Source: Gammaproteobacteria bacterium
GTDB taxonomy: Bacteria; Pseudomonadota; Gammaproteobacteria; UBA4575
DNA: 64,000 nucleotides
NCBI GenBank assembly: GCA_965222615.1
Contig: CBDCUI010000007.1
Span: forward strand, 256,001-320,000
Direction of reading: 5' to 3'
Position 1 is the first letter of the stretch, and each line of letters starts with the position of its first letter. Position numbers and translations under genes: made by a program. Below the pieces are notes generated by a model. The model saw only the letters and a program-made list of their open reading frames with translations. It was not told the DNA's origin and did no database searches. Shown here piece by piece: positions 49,681-59,430 of this stretch.

Positions 49681-50682
49681 ATGGAAGTTGAAACTAAAGA
49701 TAATCGCTACCGGATTGGTGCAGTGTCACGCATTACGGGTATCGGTGTAGAAACTCTACGCGCATGGGAACGTCGCTATGCCGCCGTGGTGCCGAAGCGC
49801 ACCGATACTGGAGATCGAATTTATTCGCGAGACGACATCGCTAAACTACTACTACTCAAAACCTTGGTCGATGCAAGTATTTCTATAAGTTCTATAGCTA
49901 GCCTAAACCTGGAAGAATTAAAAGATAGAGTTGAATCTGACCCAATCTTAAATAAAGCTCATCTCAACACGTCCTCAAATACTAAATCGGCAAAAGAGAT
50001 GACTTGTCGTATTGCACTATTGGGAGATGGCTTCCCCATACGCGTTTTAGATGGCCTTGAGGAAATAAGCGGAATCGAAATTATTGGGGCATTTCAAAAC
50101 ATAGATGAACTACAAACAAAAATACAATCTATTACCCAGCCTGATATTGTTATTGTAGAAAGGCCTACAATAAACAAAAACACAAAATCCGAACTGCAAG
50201 AAATACGTACTATATGTGGAGCCTGGCACATAATATTAATCTATGGATTTAGTTCGCAAAAACTAATTGAACGTAATCAATCCCCTCAAACAACTGTTGT
50301 TCGGTCATCAATCGATGTACAAGAGTTAGCTCGATTATGCATCTATCATTCAGGAGGCAGCAGACAGTTACCTAAATTAGAGTCAGGATCCACCTTGCAT
50401 TTTGAACAAACTATCCCAACCAGATGTTTTAGTAATCAGCAATTATCAGCGTTGGCTAATTTATCCTATGCCCTTAAATGTGAGTGCCCAAAGCATATTT
50501 CCGACTTAGTAAGAGATTTAGTTGCTTTTGAGATTTACAGTGCAGAGTGTGAAAATGAAAACCCAGATGACGCCGCTTTACATTCATATTTGCATGCAAT
50601 GACAGCACAAGCACGATCAATATTAGAGGAGGCTCTGTCGCATCTAATTCGAGCTGAAGGGATCCCGCTTAAGGCGAATTAA
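49681..50682 (+). CDS. MerR-family LitR/CarH-like regulator, B12-independent class III type
   Basis: YRIGAVSRITG--ETLRAWERRY HTH; C-terminal CECPKH...YSAEC; no W-x9-EH or DxHxxG B12 motifs. Confidence 0.8.
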   Translation: MEVETKDNRYRIGAVSRITGIGVETLRAWERRYAAVVPKRTDTGDRIYSRDDIAKLLLLKTLVDASISISSIASLNLEELKDRVESDPILNKAHLNTSSNTKSAKEMTCRIALLGDGFPIRVLDGLEEISGIEIIGAFQNIDELQTKIQSITQPDIVIVERPTINKNTKSELQEIRTICGAWHIILIYGFSSQKLIERNQSPQTTVVRSSIDVQELARLCIYHSGGSRQLPKLESGSTLHFEQTIPTRCFSNQQLSALANLSYALKCECPKHISDLVRDLVAFEIYSAECENENPDDAALHSYLHAMTAQARSILEEALSHLIRAEGIPLKAN

Positions 50683-50847
50683 ATAAATTTTTCACATTTA
50701 TTCAGACTATTTATAAACACCGACTACTTCAATGTAGAACTGTTCGTGTTTAAATTAATCGCAAGAAAAGTTTAGTATATATTATGGATAGGGCTCACTG
50801 CTGCCAAAAATTGAATGACTCAACTAATAGCTACAAGTCCATGATGT

Positions 50848-51723
50848 TTATTGCAACCCTAATTTACCAACCACTTGATTACCTAAACGTTTTCCATATT
50901 TCCAAATATCACGACCTTCTTCATTACATTCTAATTTCACAAGCCTTCTATCAGTATTCTCGATGCTGCGCAGCCGTTTGATGAGGCCATTTGCTTCTAA
51001 AAATTCAAGAATTTTGGAAACTTTCGGGCGTGCCAGACCTAATTGCTTACTGATTTGAGTGGGGGTAGCAAAACTAGATTCAACTACCTTATCTAATACT
51101 CTCCATTCAATTAAGTTAATACCTTTTCTTCTTAATAATTCATCCATCTCATCAAATACCTTATAAGCGACATCGGATGCAATGGCGATATCATCGATAC
51201 TAAAGTTATTAACAAGGTTAACTTCCTTTAATTGCTTATCTATTACCTGACCCAAATCAATCAATAGATCTTTATCTTTTTGACTAAAGTTGCGTGGGCG
51301 ATTATCCATAATACATAAGGTCCCAATATTTGCTCCCGAAGTAGATTGCAATATATAGCTCATGTAATACTTAATATTGGGCTTATTGATTACAATAGGG
51401 TTATCACTAAATCGTGGGTCAAGGCTCATATCTTGAATTTCGTATATGCGTGAATAAATGTTATCCGTGATATTCTGATTAATCGTATGGCCACAAATAG
51501 ATGTAGAGCGACCGATCTCGTCAACATTTAAACCCTGTTTTGACTTAAACCACACCCGTTTCTCGTCGACAAAGCATATCGATGACATAGGGACATCAAA
51601 CAACTTTGCAGCAATTCGTGTAACACGGTCATAGATTTCTTCAGGTTTAGTATCCAGAATTTTAAGTACGTAAAGAGCACGCAAACGTTCAATTTCATTT
51701 TCTGGTATAGGTGCTAATTTCAT
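50848..51723 (-). CDS. GAF domain fused to MarR-type winged HTH
   Basis: PENEIERLRAL--LKILDT...SICGH...DPRF--NP...GTLCIMD; C-terminal EWRVL...LE--GLIKR...DRR. Confidence 0.8.
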   Translation of the reverse strand: MKLAPIPENEIERLRALYVLKILDTKPEEIYDRVTRIAAKLFDVPMSSICFVDEKRVWFKSKQGLNVDEIGRSTSICGHTINQNITDNIYSRIYEIQDMSLDPRFSDNPIVINKPNIKYYMSYILQSTSGANIGTLCIMDNRPRNFSQKDKDLLIDLGQVIDKQLKEVNLVNNFSIDDIAIASDVAYKVFDEMDELLRRKGINLIEWRVLDKVVESSFATPTQISKQLGLARPKVSKILEFLEANGLIKRLRSIENTDRRLVKLECNEEGRDIWKYGKRLGNQVVGKLGLQ

Positions 51724-52039
51724 TTGATAAAAATCCTCAAATTTAAATCTGACTTGTTAAGATATTCATATAAATAATAGTGTATTTTATCATTAAGTTG
51801 TATTTATCGTGCTATCTATAACAATAATAAGTACTATAAATTTGTTTCATATAACAGACCTAATAAGTAATAGGTGTTGTTATCCATTTTGTAAGTAAAT
51901 ATCAAAGTTCATTTTTACCTATATTATATTTTAAAAAAAATAAATATTCTTTTTATAAAATATCCATCAATTCAGTATTTACTCACGTTTAATTTTCTTC
52001 AAGTTAAGCTTACTTTTATTACTTACTCTTGCACTTTAT

Positions 52040-52336
52040 TTGTGCAAAGGAGTGCAGTTGGTCATTCAATACAAGCATGAATTTGCACTTTTAACAAACG
52101 ATGATGCATGTTCCCCTAAAATTAAAGGGATTATGCGTAAAGATGAAAGTGCTGTGATTTTACCACCAGAATATGAACAGCAACTAAAGACCGCACATAA
52201 ACTCCGCTACTATAAAGCTTCTCTAAAAACCAGTGACTACATAATTAAAGCGTATTATCGTGATACCCAAAGACCATTAACTAAGTGGTTAATCAAACCT
52301 ATTGTGGTTCTATTAACTAAATCTGTAGGGCATTAA
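52040..52336 (+). CDS. Hypothetical protein (doubtful)
   Basis: 98-aa ORF only; AAGGAG suggests an internal TTG start; no family recognised. Confidence 0.3.
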   Translation: MCKGVQLVIQYKHEFALLTNDDACSPKIKGIMRKDESAVILPPEYEQQLKTAHKLRYYKASLKTSDYIIKAYYRDTQRPLTKWLIKPIVVLLTKSVGH

Positions 52337-52825
52337 AAGCACAATCAACCATCTCTTAAATTAGACTAAATCTAATCAGTTAGTAATATCCCCACTTTGA
52401 AATAAGGCGAGAAGAAAAAGCCGTTTGTACTGTACGGATGAAATAAGTAAAAAAACGTCAATACTATTTTAAAAAAATAATCTTTCTCATAACGCATATC
52501 CCGTTATTTTGATTAAAAGATCGAATCCGCATAATAAAAAAGAATTATAGCTAAAACACGCTCATCACGGTAGGCAAAACAATGAAAGTAATTGTGGCTA
52601 TTCACTGGTATCTAATCGAGGGCAGTAAATAGGGGGCAGGATTGAACTAACTTGATATCAATTATCACCTTGGGCTTCATTTATTCGAAGATTGTCTGTA
52701 GTAATGCCAAGTTAAGCACTCCCCCATCAGACTATCGCCATGGGAATTTTCAATGCACAATGAAGCAAAGAGTAGAAGGGTTAGAGCCTTGTTTCTTAAA
52801 ATACGCTCTTTATATTATTTAGTTG

Positions 52826-54298
52826 TTACAGTTCTTCGATTTCAAATTCATCAACCGGTAAAGTAAGCCCGCCAAAAGGATCCCACTTAGCCTTAACGAC
52901 TGAGCCATTACTTAGCGCAGCAAAAAAGGCCGCTGCTGTAATCGCATTATCGTTTTGATCAGAATACTGTGTAGCGCCATCGACAAAAAGCGTGCTACCT
53001 AGAACAGTTACCGATGAGTTCGCCACGATCGCTTCGACTGGACCCTGTAATTCTACTTCGGTATCTGGATCTTCACGCTCGATACGTGAAGCGACGATAT
53101 CGGTACCTATAAATGCACCGCGCATTTCAATGTAATCACCAGGCATTATGCTCGTAAGTCCAAATTGAGGAATTCTTATTGCACTCTTGTCCTCAAAACG
53201 CGTTGTAGGCGTTACGTTAATTGTTTTTCCTAATAGTGTAATGGTTTGCGCAGCAAGATTGGTTGCATCCGCATTTGCAGTAATCCTTACAAACGTGTCG
53301 GGTTTGATGATGATGCGTGTGGCTTGTAAAACATTGCCGCCATCAACAGATCCTTCCACTTCCACTTTGACATTAAGTGCAACATCTCCAACTGTAGCTA
53401 CTGTACCATTCTCAAACTGTATGACCGCTGTGCTTCCATTTACCACTTGACTATTCACTTCAAAATTAGCAATGGAATTAAATACAGTAATGATACCCTC
53501 CACTTCAACTTGCTCACCGACTGCAGCATTTACTTGCAAGCCGTCTTCAATATTTGAAGCCACAAAGGTATTTGCACCTGCATTAAAGCCAGCTCTTAAC
53601 CCAATAATTTCCACTAATGCACCGTTTGCAATCGCAACAGTTAAATTAGTTTGATTCGCTCCAGAAAAATCCACAATTAATCGTGGTCCAGGACCAAATA
53701 TTTCGAATGTATTCGCTGCTACATTTAAGTTATTTATTATACCAATGACACGGTATTGCGCTGTACCGTTACGTAAGCGAATGTAGCTTGCAACAATTTC
53801 TCCTTGAGCAGTACGCACACCGCTAATTTCAACATCATTTCCAACGGCTAGATTCTCAAATAGCACATTGTTAAAGAATGATGTGGTATCGGTAACAATA
53901 ATACGTTGATTGAGTACGGTCATTGTGCGATTAACAACATTGATAACCTGAATTGGGCCACGTACGGTCTCAGCATAATCAACTCTTGATGCAGTGCGTG
54001 CAGCAAAATTGACTTCTGCTCGAACGACTTGACCCACTTCTAAATTAGACTCAACTGCAGGTGCATCATTAATTGTAAATACTGCACCACCAGTGGCAAA
54101 TTCAATTCCGTTTAATATGATGCTAGCAAAACCATCCACTGGACCAAAACTGACACCGGTGCCACCAATACCACCGCTGTCAGCAACACTTCCACCGCCA
54201 CCGCCACCGCCACCGCCGAGGCAACCGCTTATGAAAAGAACAATCGCGACAAATATTGCGCAGATTAATTTTTTAAAATCTTTTTGCTTATTTGCCAT
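52826..54298 (-). CDS. Multi-DUF5666 repeat lipoprotein
   Basis: Lipobox ISGC, poly-Gly linker, GGIGGTG, GFASIILNG, repeated VEVEG beta units. Confidence 0.8.
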   Translation of the reverse strand: MANKQKDFKKLICAIFVAIVLFISGCLGGGGGGGGGSVADSGGIGGTGVSFGPVDGFASIILNGIEFATGGAVFTINDAPAVESNLEVGQVVRAEVNFAARTASRVDYAETVRGPIQVINVVNRTMTVLNQRIIVTDTTSFFNNVLFENLAVGNDVEISGVRTAQGEIVASYIRLRNGTAQYRVIGIINNLNVAANTFEIFGPGPRLIVDFSGANQTNLTVAIANGALVEIIGLRAGFNAGANTFVASNIEDGLQVNAAVGEQVEVEGIITVFNSIANFEVNSQVVNGSTAVIQFENGTVATVGDVALNVKVEVEGSVDGGNVLQATRIIIKPDTFVRITANADATNLAAQTITLLGKTINVTPTTRFEDKSAIRIPQFGLTSIMPGDYIEMRGAFIGTDIVASRIEREDPDTEVELQGPVEAIVANSSVTVLGSTLFVDGATQYSDQNDNAITAAAFFAALSNGSVVKAKWDPFGGLTLPVDEFEIEEL

Positions 54299-55130
54299 TT
54301 TTATTCTCCTCAGTCTCTTGTTTATCGAGGGTCTCTTCCATCATATAGATACCCAACCCTATTCGAGTTTTGCCTGTCCCTTTGGCTTTGGGATTTGCAT
54401 CCCGATCACGCTTAGCCAACCATCGATCTAATCTTTCTAATAATTCTTGGCTTAACTTGGCGCTATGTTTTCTAAATGCCTCGATATGCTCAATTGGAAC
54501 ATTGTCGTAGCGGACTTTACGTTGGAAACGCGCATTTTCTAGTTTATGACTCAGATTATAGTCAATGGTTGTTATAAGATCAGCGGTGTCAGTTCCCAAT
54601 ATTTGCAACTTATCAACCTCACTATCGTTAGGGACATACCCCTTTGTTTTTAACTTCAGTCCATTTGTGCGTGTAGCTTCGATTGCATTTACTCGCATGA
54701 GCTCGTCGGCAACTGCACGAGGTGGCATATCACCACTATATTTGTTTACTAATTCACTAAAACTGCCTTTTCCTTCAAAAGGTAATACTGCGGGTGTACC
54801 TGCCTTAGTGCGATAACGCCTATCTCGCAACCAACCTGTGATCACACGCGCCGCACGGTTATAACGTTCATCTACATTGGTTTGCTCGACGGGAGGAAGC
54901 TTTTGAATCCGAGCAACTTCTTTACGATTTAAACCTGTAATCACGGAAATTCTAGAGGTAGTTTGCTTTTTATCGTCAACCTGAAAATCTTTCTCTGCAA
55001 CTTCCACGTACACTTTTCTAACGAGATCTTCAAAAGCGCCTGCTGAAACTCCATAGCGCAACAAGATACGCACCAGCGGACGCAAAATGCGTACGATTGC
55101 ATGTATAACTACTCTTGAGTGTGTTTCCAT
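54288..55130 (-). CDS. DUF6502 family protein
   Basis: LRPLVRILLRYGVS, SRISVITGLNRKEV, VITGW, SFSELV, RIGLGIY. Confidence 0.8.
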   Translation of the reverse strand: METHSRVVIHAIVRILRPLVRILLRYGVSAGAFEDLVRKVYVEVAEKDFQVDDKKQTTSRISVITGLNRKEVARIQKLPPVEQTNVDERYNRAARVITGWLRDRRYRTKAGTPAVLPFEGKGSFSELVNKYSGDMPPRAVADELMRVNAIEATRTNGLKLKTKGYVPNDSEVDKLQILGTDTADLITTIDYNLSHKLENARFQRKVRYDNVPIEHIEAFRKHSAKLSQELLERLDRWLAKRDRDANPKAKGTGKTRIGLGIYMMEETLDKQETEENKNGK

Positions 55131-55383
55131 TCACGCTATTTTACACATCGAGTCTGATTCAGTACTTAGCACTGTGATATATGAGTCAAGTGTAGTAGCA
55201 ACCCTTAAACTTATTGATCTGCAGATATATTTATAACATCGCTCCATGATTCCTCCTCTCTGGATTATTTATTTCCATACCTCTAGGCCATTTGTATATA
55301 CAACTGCGCCCTTAAACTTCCATCAAAAAACTAATTTGTGCCGATAAACAGCAAAACTAAGGCTTGCATTGTCAAATATTATA

Positions 55384-55399
55384 TGGGAATATTTTCCCA
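55384..55399. promoter_or_regulatory. Palindromic operator candidate
   Basis: TGGGAA-TATT-TTCCCA in the divergent intergenic region. Confidence 0.5.
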
Positions 55400-55548
55400 A
55401 AATCAAATGTAATAAAAATTTAATATTTGATTCTGAGGTGGTTTTTGTTAACCAATTGATTGGTAATAAGTTGTTGTAAACGCTGAGTATTTGGATAAAC
55501 CAAACAGATATAAAAAATTTAGCTACCCAGCTTATCTGAATGGATTAG

Positions 55549-56847
55549 ATGAGGAGTAGTGCTGGAATGAAAACAGTGAATAACAATAAATCATTTAGAA
55601 AATACTACGAGTTAAAGAAAATACTCGTGTATTCGCATGACACATTTGGTCTCGGCAATATTCGACGTATGACCGCTATTGCGGAAGATTTAGTTAACAG
55701 GAACCCGCACTGGACCATTCTTATTTTATCCGGCTCACCTATGTTGCAATCATTTAGGTTATCTCCGCGAATCGATTACGTAAAGCTACCCTGCCTTAAA
55801 CGAGATACATCAGGTCATTATGGTGTGAAGTCGCTTGGACTATCGATGGATAAAACCATTCAACTACGTGCAAATATTATTAATTGTACTGTGCAAGAGT
55901 ATCAACCCGATCTTGTCCTTACCGACAAAAAACCTTTTGGCATACAAAAAGAACTTGAACCTGCTTTTCGTTGGTTAAAATTTCGCAATGCACCTACAAA
56001 ATTAGTACTTTTGCTTCGCGATATTCTTGATGACCCCAGTATAACCATCCCTATTTGGGAAAAGAATCAATACCATGAAATTATTCGTGATCTGTATGAT
56101 TCAATTTTAGTAGTAGGCGAACAAGGAATCTATGACTTAGGCAAGGAGTACCAATTTCCTAAAAGCAGTTTAGAAAAATTACATTATTGTGGATATTTAA
56201 ATAAATCACCTAAAGGATCTATGAAACCTAAACAAGAAACTGAACTACCAAACGTTATGGTTACACCCGGTGGCGGTGAAGATGGCACAATACTATTAAA
56301 ATATTTTCTAAAAGGATTTAAATCATATCATGTCCATGCTCGTTTCAATTGTTATTTGTTACTTGGTCCTGAATTGCCAGATAAAACTGCCAAACAAGCT
56401 AGAGAAATCGCAGAAGATTTCCCTAATATTTATGTAAAAGATTTCAGTAACGACCCTATTCAGCTTATACAAAAAGCTGACTTGATTGTATCAATGGCCG
56501 GATACAACACGGTGTGTGAGTGTCTTTCTCTTAACAAACGTGCTGTGGTTGTGCCTCGTACGACACCTTCAAAAGAACAATATCTACGTGCACAACTCAT
56601 GCAAGATGCAAAATTGTTGAAGTTCATAGAACCTACACAGCTCACGTCTAGTTATCTAATGGAGACCATACTGGATGAATTAAACACACAAAACAAATAT
56701 CCCAAAAGACAGAAAACGTTAACCTTATCCGGCTTAGAAAAAGTATCACTACATATTAATGAACTGCTGGCTTTTGCTGACGATGCTCCACTAAGTGAAG
56801 TTGGCATCAAGGTAGCTGACTACTCTATAGCAGCACGAAGCCACTAG
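55549..56847 (+). CDS. Predicted glycosyltransferase (COG4671-like, GT28 C-terminal domain)
   Basis: YSHDTFGLGNIRR, LRDILD, TPGGGEDG, SMAGYNTVCE. Confidence 0.85.
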   Translation: MRSSAGMKTVNNNKSFRKYYELKKILVYSHDTFGLGNIRRMTAIAEDLVNRNPHWTILILSGSPMLQSFRLSPRIDYVKLPCLKRDTSGHYGVKSLGLSMDKTIQLRANIINCTVQEYQPDLVLTDKKPFGIQKELEPAFRWLKFRNAPTKLVLLLRDILDDPSITIPIWEKNQYHEIIRDLYDSILVVGEQGIYDLGKEYQFPKSSLEKLHYCGYLNKSPKGSMKPKQETELPNVMVTPGGGEDGTILLKYFLKGFKSYHVHARFNCYLLLGPELPDKTAKQAREIAEDFPNIYVKDFSNDPIQLIQKADLIVSMAGYNTVCECLSLNKRAVVVPRTTPSKEQYLRAQLMQDAKLLKFIEPTQLTSSYLMETILDELNTQNKYPKRQKTLTLSGLEKVSLHINELLAFADDAPLSEVGIKVADYSIAARSH

Positions 56848-56848
56848 A

Positions 56849-58108
56849 ATGAGCAATTCATCTTACAAAGTTGCTGTATTGGTTAAACGATACCCCAAGA
56901 TATCGGAAACATTCATACTTCAAGAAATTCTGGCTTTAGAACGGCGAAATTTTCAGATTTGTCTGTATTCTTTATATAAACCTAGCGATTCACTTGTTCA
57001 TGAATCAGTAAAACAAGTTCAGGCTGTCGTACATTATTTAGAAATGAACAAGCTTAAATTTCTCTATATAGCTGCACCTCATCATTTACTATTGTTATTC
57101 CGCAACCCAGTACGTTACGTTCAAGCCTTGTGGAATTTTTTATTAATAAATGAACCATATAAATTAGAAAGCTTTGCTAAGGCAGGAATAATAGCCAACC
57201 TTATATTAGAAAATAAAATTGATCATTTACATGCTCATTTTATTGATTTTCCAGCTACTGTTGCAGAACTAGCGTCATCATTTTCAGGTATACCCTTCAG
57301 CATGTCTGCACATGCAAAAGATATCTGGCTTAGCTCTGCAGATTCACTTAAACGAAAATTATTACGGGCGTCCTTCACGGTTACCTGTACAGAATTGAAC
57401 CAGCAATATCTCGCTAAAATCACAAATAATCATGCCAATATAACACGCGCATATCATGGAATTGATAATAATAAATTTTGCCCACCTCACACGAAAACAG
57501 AACTTATTCCTCCACTTATATTAAGCATTGGCAGATATCGCACAAAAAAAGGTTTCCCAACTCTAATTGAGGCATGCCGACTATTACATAAGGAGAATTA
57601 TGCGTTCAAATGTAAAATTGTTGGTTATGGCTCTGAACACAGCGTACTACAAAAACAAATTGATGCTGCTCAGTTATCTTCACATATCGAGCTAACAGGC
57701 CAACTCGATCATATTGCAATACTAGATTTATATCGTTGTGCATCGGTATTCGTTCTGCCATGTCAGGTAAAAGAAAATGGTGATCGCGATGGAATCCCAA
57801 ATGTGCTGTTGGAAGCTATGTCGGTAGGCCTGCCAGTAATTACAACCAACATCTCTGCAATTCCTGAGTTAATCCAGCATCAAGAAAATGGTTTATTGGT
57901 AGAACCTAAAAACCCAATACAACTTGCAAATGCCATTAAGACTTTGCTTGACAATCCAACTCTGCAGAAATCACTAAGTAAATCTGCAAGACAAGATGTA
58001 AAAAGACGCTTCAATACAGACAACAACATAACGATATTAGCTAACTTACTTAAAAAAACAATTCAAGTTAAGACTACTGGAAGTATTCTTCGTGAGAGGG
58101 CTTTATGA
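56849..58108 (+). CDS. GT4 glycosyltransferase (WcaL-like)
   Basis: YPKISETFI, HAHF, AHAKDI, DRDGIPNVLLEAM. Confidence 0.9.
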   Translation: MSNSSYKVAVLVKRYPKISETFILQEILALERRNFQICLYSLYKPSDSLVHESVKQVQAVVHYLEMNKLKFLYIAAPHHLLLLFRNPVRYVQALWNFLLINEPYKLESFAKAGIIANLILENKIDHLHAHFIDFPATVAELASSFSGIPFSMSAHAKDIWLSSADSLKRKLLRASFTVTCTELNQQYLAKITNNHANITRAYHGIDNNKFCPPHTKTELIPPLILSIGRYRTKKGFPTLIEACRLLHKENYAFKCKIVGYGSEHSVLQKQIDAAQLSSHIELTGQLDHIAILDLYRCASVFVLPCQVKENGDRDGIPNVLLEAMSVGLPVITTNISAIPELIQHQENGLLVEPKNPIQLANAIKTLLDNPTLQKSLSKSARQDVKRRFNTDNNITILANLLKKTIQVKTTGSILRERAL

Positions 58109-59430
58109 ATAAAAAGCCCCATGCTGAAGTTGCATACATATTAAAAGGCTTTCCTCGGCTTTCAGAAACCTTCATTAGTAATGAAATTTTACTCCTTGAG
58201 AAAATGAATCTTCCCCTAAGAATTTATTCGATTAAAAAAGGTGATGAAACCAATGTTCAGAATATACATGAACAACTTTTATCTCCTTTGCGTTATCTTC
58301 CAAATACAAGCTCTCTTTCTGCCACAACTTTATGGGTGTGGTTGGTTAAAAACCTCCCTCAATACGTAATGCCAAATTTAGCATTATGTATGCGACATCC
58401 AATTCGTTACTTTAGTACGTTGAAAATTGCTATTACCATGTGCAGCCAGTATCGAAGCATGACTACTGGAGCTATTAAAAAAGTATTTATAAAAGAGTTT
58501 CTACAAGCAGCATACATCGCCGATGACATATTAAAAAATGATAAAAATATTGCCCATATTCACGGTCATTTTTGTCACGGTGCCACAACAATCACTTGGT
58601 TTATCAGCAAATTAACAGCAAAGCCATACAGTTTTACTGCACATGCCAAAGACATTTACCAAGCACACTTAAACCCAGGCGACTTACTTAAGAGAAAATT
58701 AGATTCTGCCAAATTTGTAACGACTTGTACTAGCAGTAACAAAGATTATTTAGATAAAGCGAGTAATTACAAAACACCCATCCACAAAGTCTATCATGGT
58801 CTAAACACTGCTTTATTCCATCCAAATAATTCAAATTCTAAGTCTAATTCAAAACATTTGATCCTTTCTGTTGGACGACTAGTACATAAAAAAGGATTCA
58901 CACATTTAATAGATGCCTGTGCAGTCCTTAATCAACGTGGCATTACTATTAAGTGTCTTATCATTGGTGAAAAAGGAGACGCATATAAGGAAATCATACA
59001 GCGCATTGCAGATCAAAAACTCGAGCAGATTGTCGAAATCCGCCCGGCAATTGCACAACACGAACTACGAGAATTTTATCAAAAGGCGACTGTTTTTACC
59101 CTGCCATGTCAGATTATGGAAGATGGTGATAGAGACGGCATACCTAATGTAATTGTTGAAGCCATGGCCATGGGTTTGCCAGTAGTGTCCACAAATATCT
59201 CCGGCATACCTGAAATCATCAAGCATGAGCAAACGGGCCTTCTAAGTGAAGAAAAAAATGCTATTCCACTAGCTGATAATATCGAAAGAGTATTAAAAGA
59301 TATCAATCTCCAAAAGCATTTATCTAAAAACGCACGACAAGAAGTATGTAAACACTTCGACTCATCGGAAACCACCTATTACCTGAAAACCCTTTTCGAA
59401 AAGTCGATTTCTGAGACAGCTTTAGCGTGA
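58105..59430 (+). CDS. GT4 glycosyltransferase (paralog)
   Basis: FPRLSETFI, HGHF, AHAKDI, DRDGIPNVIVEAM. Confidence 0.9.
   Translation: MNKKPHAEVAYILKGFPRLSETFISNEILLLEKMNLPLRIYSIKKGDETNVQNIHEQLLSPLRYLPNTSSLSATTLWVWLVKNLPQYVMPNLALCMRHPIRYFSTLKIAITMCSQYRSMTTGAIKKVFIKEFLQAAYIADDILKNDKNIAHIHGHFCHGATTITWFISKLTAKPYSFTAHAKDIYQAHLNPGDLLKRKLDSAKFVTTCTSSNKDYLDKASNYKTPIHKVYHGLNTALFHPNNSNSKSNSKHLILSVGRLVHKKGFTHLIDACAVLNQRGITIKCLIIGEKGDAYKEIIQRIADQKLEQIVEIRPAIAQHELREFYQKATVFTLPCQIMEDGDRDGIPNVIVEAMAMGLPVVSTNISGIPEIIKHEQTGLLSEEKNAIPLADNIERVLKDINLQKHLSKNARQEVCKHFDSSETTYYLKTLFEKSISETALA

Noticed and set aside
52632-52648. GGGGGCAGGATTGAACT as a tRNA 3' remnant or att site
   Set aside because: Too short and imperfect; no integrase or second copy
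54192-54217. (CCACCG)n microsatellite as a phase-variation tract
   Set aside because: An in-frame hexamer encoding the poly-Gly lipoprotein linker; slippage would not shift the frame
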